Assembly: GCA_963770755.1 (NCBI GenBank)
Contig: CAVYQZ010000006.1
Span: forward strand, 91,480 to 155,479
Reading direction: 5' to 3'
Length of the DNA: 64,000 nt
Source: Candidatus Aminicenantes bacterium
GTDB lineage: Bacteria; Acidobacteriota; Aminicenantia; UBA2199
Shown: positions 18,279-25,348 of the stretch, piece after piece
Numbering within the stretch: the stretch's first letter is position 1
Layout of the letters: every line of letters begins with the position of its first letter
Position numbers and translations under genes: made by a program
The notes under the pieces: model-generated
The model's database searches: none
What the model was told of the DNA's origin: nothing
The model's input: only the letters and a program-made list of their open reading frames with translations

Positions 18279-18503
18279 TTATCTGTTTTTAGATTTCTTG
18301 ATAAATTCTTCAGGCGAAATATTTGCTTGCTTTAAAGCGCATTTTAGAGTCCCTATAGCAACTTCTTTATGATTTGGAATTACACATCCAAAATGAGATT
18401 TGCGAAGAACAATATGACTACCTTTTTGACGCACAACTTGAAATCCCATTGATTCCAGAATTTTTATAATTTCTCGACCTGAAAGCTTAGGCAATTCAGG
18501 CAT
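18279..18503 (-). CDS. hicA: HicA mRNA-interferase toxin
   Basis: MPELPKLSGREIIKILESMGFQVVRQKGSHIVLRK is the canonical HicA N-terminus. ATG 18503 overlaps the hicB stop (ATGCCTGA). Confidence 0.8.
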   Translation of the reverse strand: MPELPKLSGREIIKILESMGFQVVRQKGSHIVLRKSHFGCVIPNHKEVAIGTLKCALKQANISPEEFIKKSKNR

Positions 18504-18705
18504 GAACAGCAACTTCAAATGTGGTCAAAATCGGATGAAATTTATTTTTCTGAGGGAATTCTTCCAAATATACTTCTGTTGCTTCTTGAAGATTGGCAAT
18601 TGCTTCCTCAATGGTTTTCCCTTGGCTTGCAGTGCCGATTTCAGGGCATTCAGCAACAAATAATTTTTCCTCTTTATGAATTACAGCTGTATATATTTTA
18701 TTCAT
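18496..18705 (-). CDS. hicB: HicB-family antitoxin (UPF0150 fold)
   Basis: YTAVIHKEEKLFVAECPEIGTASQGKTIEEAIANLQEATEVYLEEF matches the HicB N-domain pattern. Confidence 0.8.
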   Translation of the reverse strand: MNKIYTAVIHKEEKLFVAECPEIGTASQGKTIEEAIANLQEATEVYLEEFPQKNKFHPILTTFEVAVHA

Positions 18706-18750
18706 AACATTATTATATTATTATTTTTATATTTCTTCAATTATTTTCAG

Positions 18751-18870
18751 ATAACGGCGAGTTAAGCGGTTCGACGGCAGGCAGCCGAGCTTACTCGGCA
18801 AGGCTGCTGGCGAATGCGCTCGAACGATTGGTTCGGCCGCGCTAATCTTCGCGCAAGCTGCCGCCGTTAT
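18751..18870. ncRNA. candidate structured element (GC-rich, 120 nt, closed by a 9-bp helix); identity and strand unknown
   Basis: ATAACGGCG (18751-18759) pairs with CGCCGTTAT (18862-18870). Internal hairpins are GCAGCC..GGCTGC (18781-18807) and GCGC-CGAAC-GATTG-GTTCG-..GCGC (18816-18842). The element is embedded in AT-rich non-coding DNA. Confidence 0.3.
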
Positions 18871-19071
18871 GGTCTTTTCTTGCGGACAGTGAACCCCTCC
18901 ATGCAACATTTCCAGCTTCAAAAATCAGTCGTAATCTCCATTATTGATAAATAGTTAACATATTCAAAATTAATTTTCAATGACATTTTGGAAATTGTTT
19001 TATGAGTTTTCTGATTGGGCGGGATCAAATATTCCATCTGTGGCCAAATAGCAATAAGTTTATCGATTCAC

Positions 19072-20514
19072 TTACCCCTTGATGACCACCAGCGGCCGCA
19101 GGCGGGCCACCTTGCTGGAAATGCCGCTGGCCACGGTGGCTGCCACTACATCATCGATATTCTTGTAGGCTTCGGGAATTTCCTCCTGCAGGGCGCGGGC
19201 AGAAAAGGAAAAAACCAGGATGCCCTTGGCTTTGAGCTTTTCGTGGACATCGCTGCCGGCGGCGGCCTTGACGGCCTGATGGCGGCTGAGGCGGCGCCCG
19301 GCGCCGTGGGCCGAAGAGGCGAAGGTCATGGCCGCGCCGGCCGTGGTGCCGCGCAGGACATAGGAGGAGCTGCCCATGCTGCCGGGGATGAGTACCGGCT
19401 GGCCGACGGCCCGGTATTGCTCGGGAACGTCGGGATGTCCGGGCGGGAAGGCTCGGGTCGCTCCCTTGCGGTGAACCAGCAGGCGGGTCATTTTTCCGTC
19501 CAGAACATGATCCTCAAATTTGGCGATGTTATGGGCCTGGTCGTAAACCAGGGCCAGTCCGAGCCCGGCCCGGCCGCTGGCAAAGGCCTTTTCAAAGATC
19601 GCCACCACGTCCTCCATCAACAGCTGGCGATTGGCCCAGGCGAAATTGCTGGCCGCGTTCAGGGCCTGCAGGTAATGCCGGCCTTCCCGGGATTGAATGG
19701 GGGCATGGATCAGCTGCGGGTCCGGCAATTTGAAGCGGCCGAGATTTTTTTTGCGGAACAATTCGATGGCGTCGCTGGCGATCTGGTGGCCGAAGCCTCG
19801 TGAGCCGCTGTGGATCATGATGGCGATCATGTCTTTTTGCAGGCCGAAGGCCCGGGCTGCGGCTTCATCGTAAATTTCATCCACGGCCTGGATTTCGATG
19901 AAATGGTTACCCGAACCCAGGGATCCCACCTGGGAAGCGCCCCGTTCATATGCCCTTTTACTGACCGCTTGCGGATCGTCGAACGGCAGGCAGCCCCGCG
20001 ATTCGATGCCGTCCAGGTCGCCGACCCGGCCTGAAAAATTGCCGATGATCTCGGCGGCGCCGCGGCTGATTATTTTGAGGAATTCTTTTTTGTCGAAGCG
20101 ATGGCTGCTGCGCGGCGTCAGGCCGGTGGGCACGCGCTGCAGGATGTCCCGGCCGACCTGTTCCGCTGCGGGCATGAATTCGCCGAGCGCCATGGAACTG
20201 CTCAGCAGGCGCACTCCGCAATTGATGTCGTAGCCCACGCCGCCCGGCAGCACCAGGCCGTCCTCGGCCGGGAAAGCCGCCACGGCGCCGATGCAAAAAC
20301 CGTAACCGTAATGGATGTCGGGCATGGCCAGGGAATTTCCGGCCAGGCCGGGCAGGCAGGCCACGTTGATGACCTGTTCGATGGATGCATCGGCCAGCGC
20401 CTGGTTCAGGATGTCTTCCGAGGCGAAGATTTCGGCGTCGGCCTTCATGGCCCGGTGATTTTTTTTACTCAGCCGCCAGTGAAAAGGGGAAATTTTTTCG
20501 AAATTTTCAGCCAT
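19072..20514 (-). CDS. rtcB: RNA 3'-phosphate/2',3'-cyclic phosphate ligase RtcB
   Basis: 480 aa with GYDINCGVRLL, GSGNHFIEIQ, HSGSRGFGHQ and SSAHGAGR. Confidence 0.95.
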   Translation of the reverse strand: MAENFEKISPFHWRLSKKNHRAMKADAEIFASEDILNQALADASIEQVINVACLPGLAGNSLAMPDIHYGYGFCIGAVAAFPAEDGLVLPGGVGYDINCGVRLLSSSMALGEFMPAAEQVGRDILQRVPTGLTPRSSHRFDKKEFLKIISRGAAEIIGNFSGRVGDLDGIESRGCLPFDDPQAVSKRAYERGASQVGSLGSGNHFIEIQAVDEIYDEAAARAFGLQKDMIAIMIHSGSRGFGHQIASDAIELFRKKNLGRFKLPDPQLIHAPIQSREGRHYLQALNAASNFAWANRQLLMEDVVAIFEKAFASGRAGLGLALVYDQAHNIAKFEDHVLDGKMTRLLVHRKGATRAFPPGHPDVPEQYRAVGQPVLIPGSMGSSSYVLRGTTAGAAMTFASSAHGAGRRLSRHQAVKAAAGSDVHEKLKAKGILVFSFSARALQEEIPEAYKNIDDVVAATVASGISSKVARLRPLVVIKG

Positions 20515-20519
20515 GAGTA

Positions 20520-20933
20520 TTAAATGTCAAAAACCACAGCCACGTTTTTTATACCATATTTTTCAACGACGTGCAGATTGTGATAGGTGACTCCTTTGAT
20601 GTCGATCTCCGCTTCGCCCTTGATTTCAGCTAGGCGCAGATCGGCATCCAAACAACAACTGCCGGCATTGTTGAAAACAATGGACAACACCCGTCGCTTT
20701 TTTTGATAAGCCAGGAGTAAAACTTCGGCCAGTAAATTCACCAGTACATTCTCGACGCTGTCACCCTGGAAACTGAAATGGCAAGATCCCTTCTCCGCCG
20801 GCAGTTTACTGTTTTTTCCAAAAAGCAGCAAATTCAACCCGTGCACGGCGTTTTCATAAAGATCAACAAAATCATGGCCGCAGAAACGGATGCCGATGTC
20901 GGCCGTGGTGGCGAAAGTCTCATAATTTTTCAT
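20520..20933 (-). CDS. archease (RtcB activator)
   Basis: MKNYETFATTADIGIRFCGHDFVDLYENAVHGL ... GVTYHNLHV. ATG 20933 is chosen and overlaps the galU stop by 14 nt. Confidence 0.8.
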   Translation of the reverse strand: MKNYETFATTADIGIRFCGHDFVDLYENAVHGLNLLLFGKNSKLPAEKGSCHFSFQGDSVENVLVNLLAEVLLLAYQKKRRVLSIVFNNAGSCCLDADLRLAEIKGEAEIDIKGVTYHNLHVVEKYGIKNVAVVFDI

Positions 20934-21789
20934 CGGCGGCCAACTGGCGCAGGAGGTTGCGGGTGAAGTCGCGCGTGTCCTGCCGCTGCAGGGCGACATG
21001 GATCAGGGTCTCGATATAACCCAGGGTGGTACCGGCGTCAAAGCGCCGGCCTTCAAAAAAATAGCCCAGGACCCGGCGTGTTTTTATCAGTTCGATTATG
21101 GCGTCGGTCAGCTGGATTTCGGCCCCGGCCCCATGCCGGGTTTTTTTCAGCAGCGGGAATATGTCTGGGGTCAGGATGTAGCGGCCGATGACGGCGAAAT
21201 TGGAGGGGGCGTCGGCCGCGGCCGGCTTTTCCACCAGCTGTTCGATTTCAAATACCTTGTCGGTGATGAATTTGCCGGCGCCGATGCCGTAGCGCGGGAT
21301 GTCCTGGCGGGAAACTTTCATGAAAGCGATGACCGGGCAGTGGTGTTTTTCATAAACTTCGGCCATCTGGGCCATGACCGGCTGCCCGGACAGGATCAGG
21401 TCGTCGGGCAGGGAAATGGCGAACGGTTCGTCGCCGACCGCGTGCTCGGCCAGAGCAATGGCGTGGCCGAAGCCCAGCGCCTGCTTCTGGCGGATATAGA
21501 TGAAATGCTTGCGGTAAAACTCCTGCAGCCCGTCCAGCAGGTGGGTCTTGCGGTGCAGTTTCAGGAAATCATCCAGCGTCGAATTGGGGGCGAAGTAGCG
21601 CTCCAGGGCTTCCTTGCCGAGGGCGGTGATGAAGATGAACTCCTCGAAGCCGCTTTGGGCGGCCTCCTCGACGGCATACTGGATCAGGGGCTTGTCGATG
21701 ACCGGCAGGATTTCCTTGGGAACTTCCTTGGTGGCGGGCAGAAAGCGCGTGCCTACGCCGGCGACCGGGAAAACGATTTTTTTCAACAT
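20920..21789 (-). CDS. galU: UTP-glucose-1-phosphate uridylyltransferase
   Basis: KIVFPVAGVGTRFLPATKEVPKEILPVIDKPLIQYAVEEA, 289 aa. Confidence 0.9.
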   Translation of the reverse strand: MLKKIVFPVAGVGTRFLPATKEVPKEILPVIDKPLIQYAVEEAAQSGFEEFIFITALGKEALERYFAPNSTLDDFLKLHRKTHLLDGLQEFYRKHFIYIRQKQALGFGHAIALAEHAVGDEPFAISLPDDLILSGQPVMAQMAEVYEKHHCPVIAFMKVSRQDIPRYGIGAGKFITDKVFEIEQLVEKPAAADAPSNFAVIGRYILTPDIFPLLKKTRHGAGAEIQLTDAIIELIKTRRVLGYFFEGRRFDAGTTLGYIETLIHVALQRQDTRDFTRNLLRQLAADEKL

Positions 21790-21795
21790 GGGCTC

Positions 21796-21824
21796 ATTTT
21801 ACCTTGATTCAGGCTCCTTTTCAA
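21796..21824 (-). promoter_or_regulatory. sigma70-like promoter of galU (TTGAAA-17-TAAAAT), ATG 6 nt after the -10
   Basis: On the minus strand, -35 at 21824-21819 and -10 at 21801-21796, followed by GAGCCC and ATG at 21789. Confidence 0.5.
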
Positions 21825-21841
21825 CCGTAAGGGGGTACTCA

Positions 21842-21860
21842 TTTTTTCGAAAACATGATG
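21842..21860. repeat. motif TTTTTTCGAAAACATGATG (second copy at 59568-59584)
   Basis: Contains the 10-bp palindrome TTTTCGAAAA. Both copies sit shortly upstream of minus-strand genes (galU and lipoprotein 59546). Confidence 0.5.
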
Positions 21861-21947
21861 AGGTGTAGCAGATCGCGACCCTGCCAGGAGCAAGCACTGA
21901 CTGCATAAAAAGATCAAAAATTGGCTGCCAAGGCTAATCAGGACAAA

Positions 21948-22004
21948 ATCCCCCCGCCTTCGGCACCCCCCTTAGTAAGGGGGGATAGGGGGGATCGAGA
22001 TCCC
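21948..22004. repeat. GC-rich cluster of three short hairpins (GCC-TTC-GGC, CCCCCC-TTAGTAA-GGGGGG, GGGATC-GA-GATCCC)
   Basis: Read directly in the galU-rpsU spacer. One frame reads ..PPLVRGDRGD.., typical of small palindromic intergenic repeats rather than a gene. Confidence 0.5.
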
Positions 22005-22038
22005 TTAAACAAAAGAGAATCATGGTTTATGACTTTTC

Positions 22039-22067
22039 TTGACAGTTCTAGAGAAATAGGATATAAA
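22039..22067 (+). promoter_or_regulatory. consensus sigma70 promoter of rpsU (TTGACA-17-TATAAA)
   Basis: -35 at 22039-22044 and -10 at 22062-22067. The leader has SD AAAGGAG before TTG 22116. Confidence 0.65.
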
Positions 22068-22115
22068 TAATGCTCACCGATCGTGACATTTAAAAAAAAA
22101 GGAGTGTGATCGCAA

Positions 22116-22319
22116 TTGGCTTTCGTAGAAATTCAGCAGGGAGAGTCTTTTGAAAGCGCCCTGCGCCGTTTCAAAAGGAAAGTGCAGATGGAAGCTATCA
22201 TCAAGGAAATCAAGAAGCACTCGGCCTACTTGAAACCCGGCGAACGCAAACGCCTCAAGGCCGCCCAGGCCAGAAAGCGGATGCGCAAGCGGATGCGCAG
22301 AGACATTTCCGAGCTTTAG
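22116..22319 (+). CDS. rpsU: 30S ribosomal protein S21
   Basis: VEIQQGESFESALRRFKRKVQMEAIIKEIKKHSAYLKPGERKRLKAAQARKRMRK. TTG start. Confidence 0.9.
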   Translation: MAFVEIQQGESFESALRRFKRKVQMEAIIKEIKKHSAYLKPGERKRLKAAQARKRMRKRMRRDISEL

Positions 22320-22320
22320 A

Positions 22321-22371
22321 TAGTAAATTCAGAATTTGTTCGCTTTCTGGAACAAATTCTAGAATTTACTA
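22321..22371 (+). terminator. long hairpin (21-bp stem, one bulge) immediately after rpsU; a terminator or processing signal before the tRNAs
   Basis: TAGTAAATTCAGAATTTGTTC (22321-22341) pairs with GAACAAATTCTAGAATTTACTA (22350-22371). No clear U-tract follows. Confidence 0.45.
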
Positions 22372-22433
22372 TAAAGCTCTTATCCCCTCCTACAGGGGAC
22401 TTCGCAGCTTTGATGGGGAAGAAATCATCGATG

Positions 22434-22508
22434 CGGGGCGTAGCGCAGCTTGGTTAGCGCGCCTGCCTTGGGAGCAGGAGGTCGGTAGTTCGAATCTACT
22501 CGCCCCGA
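22434..22508 (+). tRNA. tRNA-Pro (anticodon UGG), CCA not encoded
   Basis: Acceptor CGGGGCG/CGCCCCG, D arm GCGC-AGCTTGGTTA-GCGC, anticodon arm CCTGC-CTTGGGA-GCAGG, T arm GGTAG-TTCGAAT-CTACT. Confidence 0.9.
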
Positions 22509-22519
22509 TAATCAAGCAG

Positions 22520-22592
22520 GCACCCGTAGCTCAATGGATAGAGCAGCTGACTTCTAATCAGCAGGCTGCAGGTTCGAGTCCTGCCGGGTGCG
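22520..22592 (+). tRNA. tRNA-Arg (anticodon UCU), CCA not encoded
   Basis: Acceptor GCACCCG/CGGGTGC, anticodon arm GCTGA-CTTCTAA-TCAGC, T arm GCAGG-TTCGAGT-CCTGC. Confidence 0.9.
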
Positions 22593-22692
22593 CTTGTCAG
22601 CCCGGCGTTTCCGGACCTTCTCTGATTCAATGGTTGAATTCCAGCGCAACTTTTAATAACCGTAATCTTTAAAGGCAAATCTCTGTTAAAAA

Positions 22693-22721
22693 TTGACAAA
22701 TCAGACAATTAGCGTTAATAT
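22693..22721 (+). promoter_or_regulatory. sigma70-like promoter (TTGACA-17-TAATAT) of the CAP-domain gene
   Basis: -35 at 22693-22698 and -10 at 22716-22721. ATG 22728 lies 6 nt downstream. Confidence 0.55.
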
Positions 22722-22727
22722 ATATCC

Positions 22728-23249
22728 ATGCAGGTTATATTATATGGATGGGGCATGAGCCGAAACGGAAAAATGGTCCGCTGGTTGGCGATTTCCATGC
22801 TGAGCGCCGTTCTTTTCCTGTCGCTCTCCTCCTGCCAGAACTTCTTCGATTCCGGAGACTCGCTTTCCATCACCGAGATCGAAGCCAGGACCTTCAAGCT
22901 GGTCAACGATTATCGCCTGAGCATCGGGCGTATAGCCCTCGCCTGGAGCGATATTATCGCTGCCGAAGAGCGCATCCACAGCCAGAACATGGCAACGGGT
23001 CAGGTCCCTATCGGCCATGACGGCTTCTATGAGCGCATTGATCGCATCAACCAGGTCATTCCCTGGTCCGTGATTGCGGAAAATGTCGCCTTTGCCGGCA
23101 GCGCCGAAGATGCCGTGGACGCCTGGCTGAAAAGCCCCGATCACCTGGTGATCATCGAAGGGGATTACGACATTACCGGCGTCGGTGTAGCCAAAACCAC
23201 ATCGGGCTCGGCCTATTATTTTTCCCAGATATTCCTCAAGCGTCGTTGA
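22728..23249 (+). CDS. CAP/SCP/PR1-like domain lipoprotein
   Basis: Lipobox LSLSSC. HSQNMATGQVPIGHDGF and AVDAWLKSPDHLVIIEG..ITGVGVA match CAP-domain motifs. The start is ATG 22728 (leaderless) or ATG 22755. Confidence 0.75.
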   Translation: MQVILYGWGMSRNGKMVRWLAISMLSAVLFLSLSSCQNFFDSGDSLSITEIEARTFKLVNDYRLSIGRIALAWSDIIAAEERIHSQNMATGQVPIGHDGFYERIDRINQVIPWSVIAENVAFAGSAEDAVDAWLKSPDHLVIIEGDYDITGVGVAKTTSGSAYYFSQIFLKRR

Positions 23250-23346
23250 ATCCCCGGGGACCAGGCCGTCCGTTAAGCAAAAATCAATTCAAGTAAACAA
23301 GGACATGGTTCACTCGAAATCAGTTCCAGGTCCCGATTCTTTTATT

Positions 23347-23814
23347 TTAGGATCCCTCCCGGGATAGTCCGGCCAGTTCTTCCTTCCGGGGGCGGTAATA
23401 GACCATGGCGGCGGCGGAAATCCCGAGCAGCAGATATAGATCGGTGCTGTTCCGGCCCAGGAAAAACAGGACCAGGCCGTAAATGCCGACGCTTTCGCAC
23501 ATGGCCAGCGAGGCGATCACGGCGCTTGTATATATTGCCATGAGCGAAGACGGCTGAGCCTGAGCCGGACCAACGGACCGGCCTTCCCGGCCCAGGATGA
23601 GCTTTCTGATATAGCGGGCGGCGATCAATGTGGCGATGCCGAGTAGATAGAGCGCCATCCGGAGTGTGGCGAAGGTATCCCCAGTGAATGTCGACGGCAT
23701 GTTCGGCGCGACCACGAGCCCGACAACCAGATAAACCGCCAAAGACATCAGCATGGCCGACCAGATGATCTTCATGGTCATCAACCCTCTGTCCATTTCC
23801 TGTTCGGTGATCAT
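23347..23814 (-). CDS. integral membrane protein (4 TM), unknown function
   Basis: SD AGGAGAA before ATG 23814, followed by four hydrophobic helices. Confidence 0.6.
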   Translation of the reverse strand: MITEQEMDRGLMTMKIIWSAMLMSLAVYLVVGLVVAPNMPSTFTGDTFATLRMALYLLGIATLIAARYIRKLILGREGRSVGPAQAQPSSLMAIYTSAVIASLAMCESVGIYGLVLFFLGRNSTDLYLLLGISAAAMVYYRPRKEELAGLSREGS

Positions 23815-23956
23815 GTGCTTTTCTCCTGTGCTTGATTTTGGCGACAATCGGGCTTAAAGTCAATAGGGTTGCGCTGCGGGTGAAAGTCTTTTAAACATTG
23901 CAACCGTATCTCTGTTATGCTAATTTTAGAACAGATAAGCAAAAGGGAGGATCAAC

Positions 23957-24274
23957 ATGAAAACAAAAAAAATCAATTTTGACTGGAGGAGTGTGCTGCT
24001 GGGCGCGGTGCTATGCCTGGCGCTGGTGGTCTTCGTGGCCAGCATGGCCCAGGGAACCCGGGTTGAGGCGCAAACCCGGAGCATGAACAAGGAGAACCAG
24101 AGCGAAGCCCGGCCGGGTGTCATGCAGCAAATGGTGACCCTGAATGATGTGATGGCCAAATGCGAACTGATTGACCAGAGGATACTGATCTTGGAAGGGA
24201 AAATAACCCATATGCAGGGGAGCGTAGAGTATGTTCTGGAAATATTGGGAAACATGTCGCGGCAAAAGAAGTAA
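23957..24274 (+). CDS. membrane-anchored small protein, unknown function
   Basis: SD GGGAGG, 105 aa, a single N-terminal TM helix and then a helical tail. Confidence 0.55.
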   Translation: MKTKKINFDWRSVLLGAVLCLALVVFVASMAQGTRVEAQTRSMNKENQSEARPGVMQQMVTLNDVMAKCELIDQRILILEGKITHMQGSVEYVLEILGNMSRQKK

Positions 24275-24304
24275 TAACCCGGCGCAAAAAATTATATTGT
24301 TTTT

Positions 24305-25216
24305 TTACCCGCCGTTGTACACCTTGAACGCTTCGTCAACCGATTTGCCGTAAACGGTGATGGCGGTGACGGCGTTGGCCAGGCGGATGGCTTCGGCCAG
24401 CGGTTTCTGGTGGATGTTGCGACCGGTGGCGTTGCCCGACGCGCCGGAGATGAAGATCTGGTCGTGGAGCTGCTGCAGGAAAACCTTGGGCTCCATGCTC
24501 GAGCCGCCGGCGCAGACCACCTTGGTGCGCCCGGCCGCCTTGATGGCCTGCTTGAAAATTTCGGCTGATTTCTGGCCTTCCTTTTTGGGATAGTTGACCT
24601 TGACGAAATCGCTGCCCAGGCAGGCAGCCACGCCGGTGGCGCCGGCGATCAGCTCGGGTGATTTTTCATCCTTGATCGCCTTGCCGCGGGGATAGATCCA
24701 CAGCACCGTAACCAAGCCGTGGCGGTGGGCCCAGTACACGGCCTGCGCCGCTTCGCGGATCATGGTATTTTCGTGTTCACTGCCCAGGTAGACGGTGTAG
24801 CCTACAGCCAGGATGTTCAGGCCGGTATTTTTTTTGAATTCGACCACTTGGCGCACATCGAGCATCTGGGTAGAATTGGGGTCGTGCTGGGCGGTTTTGA
24901 CCAGATTGGTTTTGGAGTTCAGCTTGACCAGGTAGGGAATATCGGGATAATCATTGGCATACATCGAGATCAGCCCCATTTGGGCGGCAAAAACGCCGAT
25001 CTCCGCCTGGCTGGCGATTTTAAACAGGTGCTCGGGATCGTTGTCATCGGCGGCGATACTCTCGCCGTAAAAGTCATCGTTCAAATGCTCGATTTTCTGG
25101 TCGCCGGCAAAGAGCATCAGGCGCTCGGACCCCAGGGTTATTTCATCGTAATTGCTCAAATACTCGTTGAGCAGGTCATTGGGCACGTCGGCCGGAATAT
25201 AATTTTTATCTTCCAT
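24305..25216 (-). CDS. class I fructose-bisphosphate aldolase, DhnA/FbaB (archaeal-type) family
   Basis: LMLFAGDQKIEHLNDDFYG, and the Schiff-base Lys context GSDFVKVNYPKK. SD CAGGAGG. Confidence 0.85.
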   Translation of the reverse strand: MEDKNYIPADVPNDLLNEYLSNYDEITLGSERLMLFAGDQKIEHLNDDFYGESIAADDNDPEHLFKIASQAEIGVFAAQMGLISMYANDYPDIPYLVKLNSKTNLVKTAQHDPNSTQMLDVRQVVEFKKNTGLNILAVGYTVYLGSEHENTMIREAAQAVYWAHRHGLVTVLWIYPRGKAIKDEKSPELIAGATGVAACLGSDFVKVNYPKKEGQKSAEIFKQAIKAAGRTKVVCAGGSSMEPKVFLQQLHDQIFISGASGNATGRNIHQKPLAEAIRLANAVTAITVYGKSVDEAFKVYNGG

Positions 25217-25348
25217 GTGAACCTCCTGTTTAAAAAATTTTATTGCAAAACAATTTTAGTAATTGACGCAAGCAAAGTCAACAGTTCAATCCGATTTTAA
25301 GTGGCCGGCCATATTGCCTTTGCCCCGGGCCCGGCGAAAACATTCGGC

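Larger units (their letters stand above)
17540..19071. other. strongly AT-rich compositional islet between the radical SAM gene and rtcB
   Basis: By eye the region is far more AT-rich than either flank (exact GC not computed). It carries an isochorismatase-family gene, hicAB and 366 nt of non-coding DNA. No mobility gene is present. Confidence 0.7.

Noticed and set aside
17619-18767. GTTAAGC occurs at both ends of the AT-rich islet (17619-17625 and 18761-18767). It fits the integron attC R' core GTTRRRY, suggesting a gene-cassette array.
   Set aside because: No intI gene is present. The 120-nt element at 18751-18870 has a 17-nt one-sided bulge instead of the symmetric R/L box structure of attC. 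Only two sites were found and their flanks do not align. A 7-mer match is expected by chance.
18751-18870. The GGTTCGACGG and GGTTCGG strings suggested a tmRNA 5' end or a tRNA-like Y-RNA (YrlA) module next to rtcB.
   Set aside because: There is no GGGG acceptor start and no T-arm (5-bp stem plus 7-nt loop) that can be drawn around either GGTTCG. There is no tag reading frame and the length is far too short for tmRNA. No rsr (Ro) gene is present. I kept it only as an unclassified structured element.
18727-18921. 64-aa ORF covering the GC-rich element.
   Set aside because: It has a TTG start, no SD and no recognisable motif. Its open frame is best explained by the GC-rich, stop-poor composition of the element.
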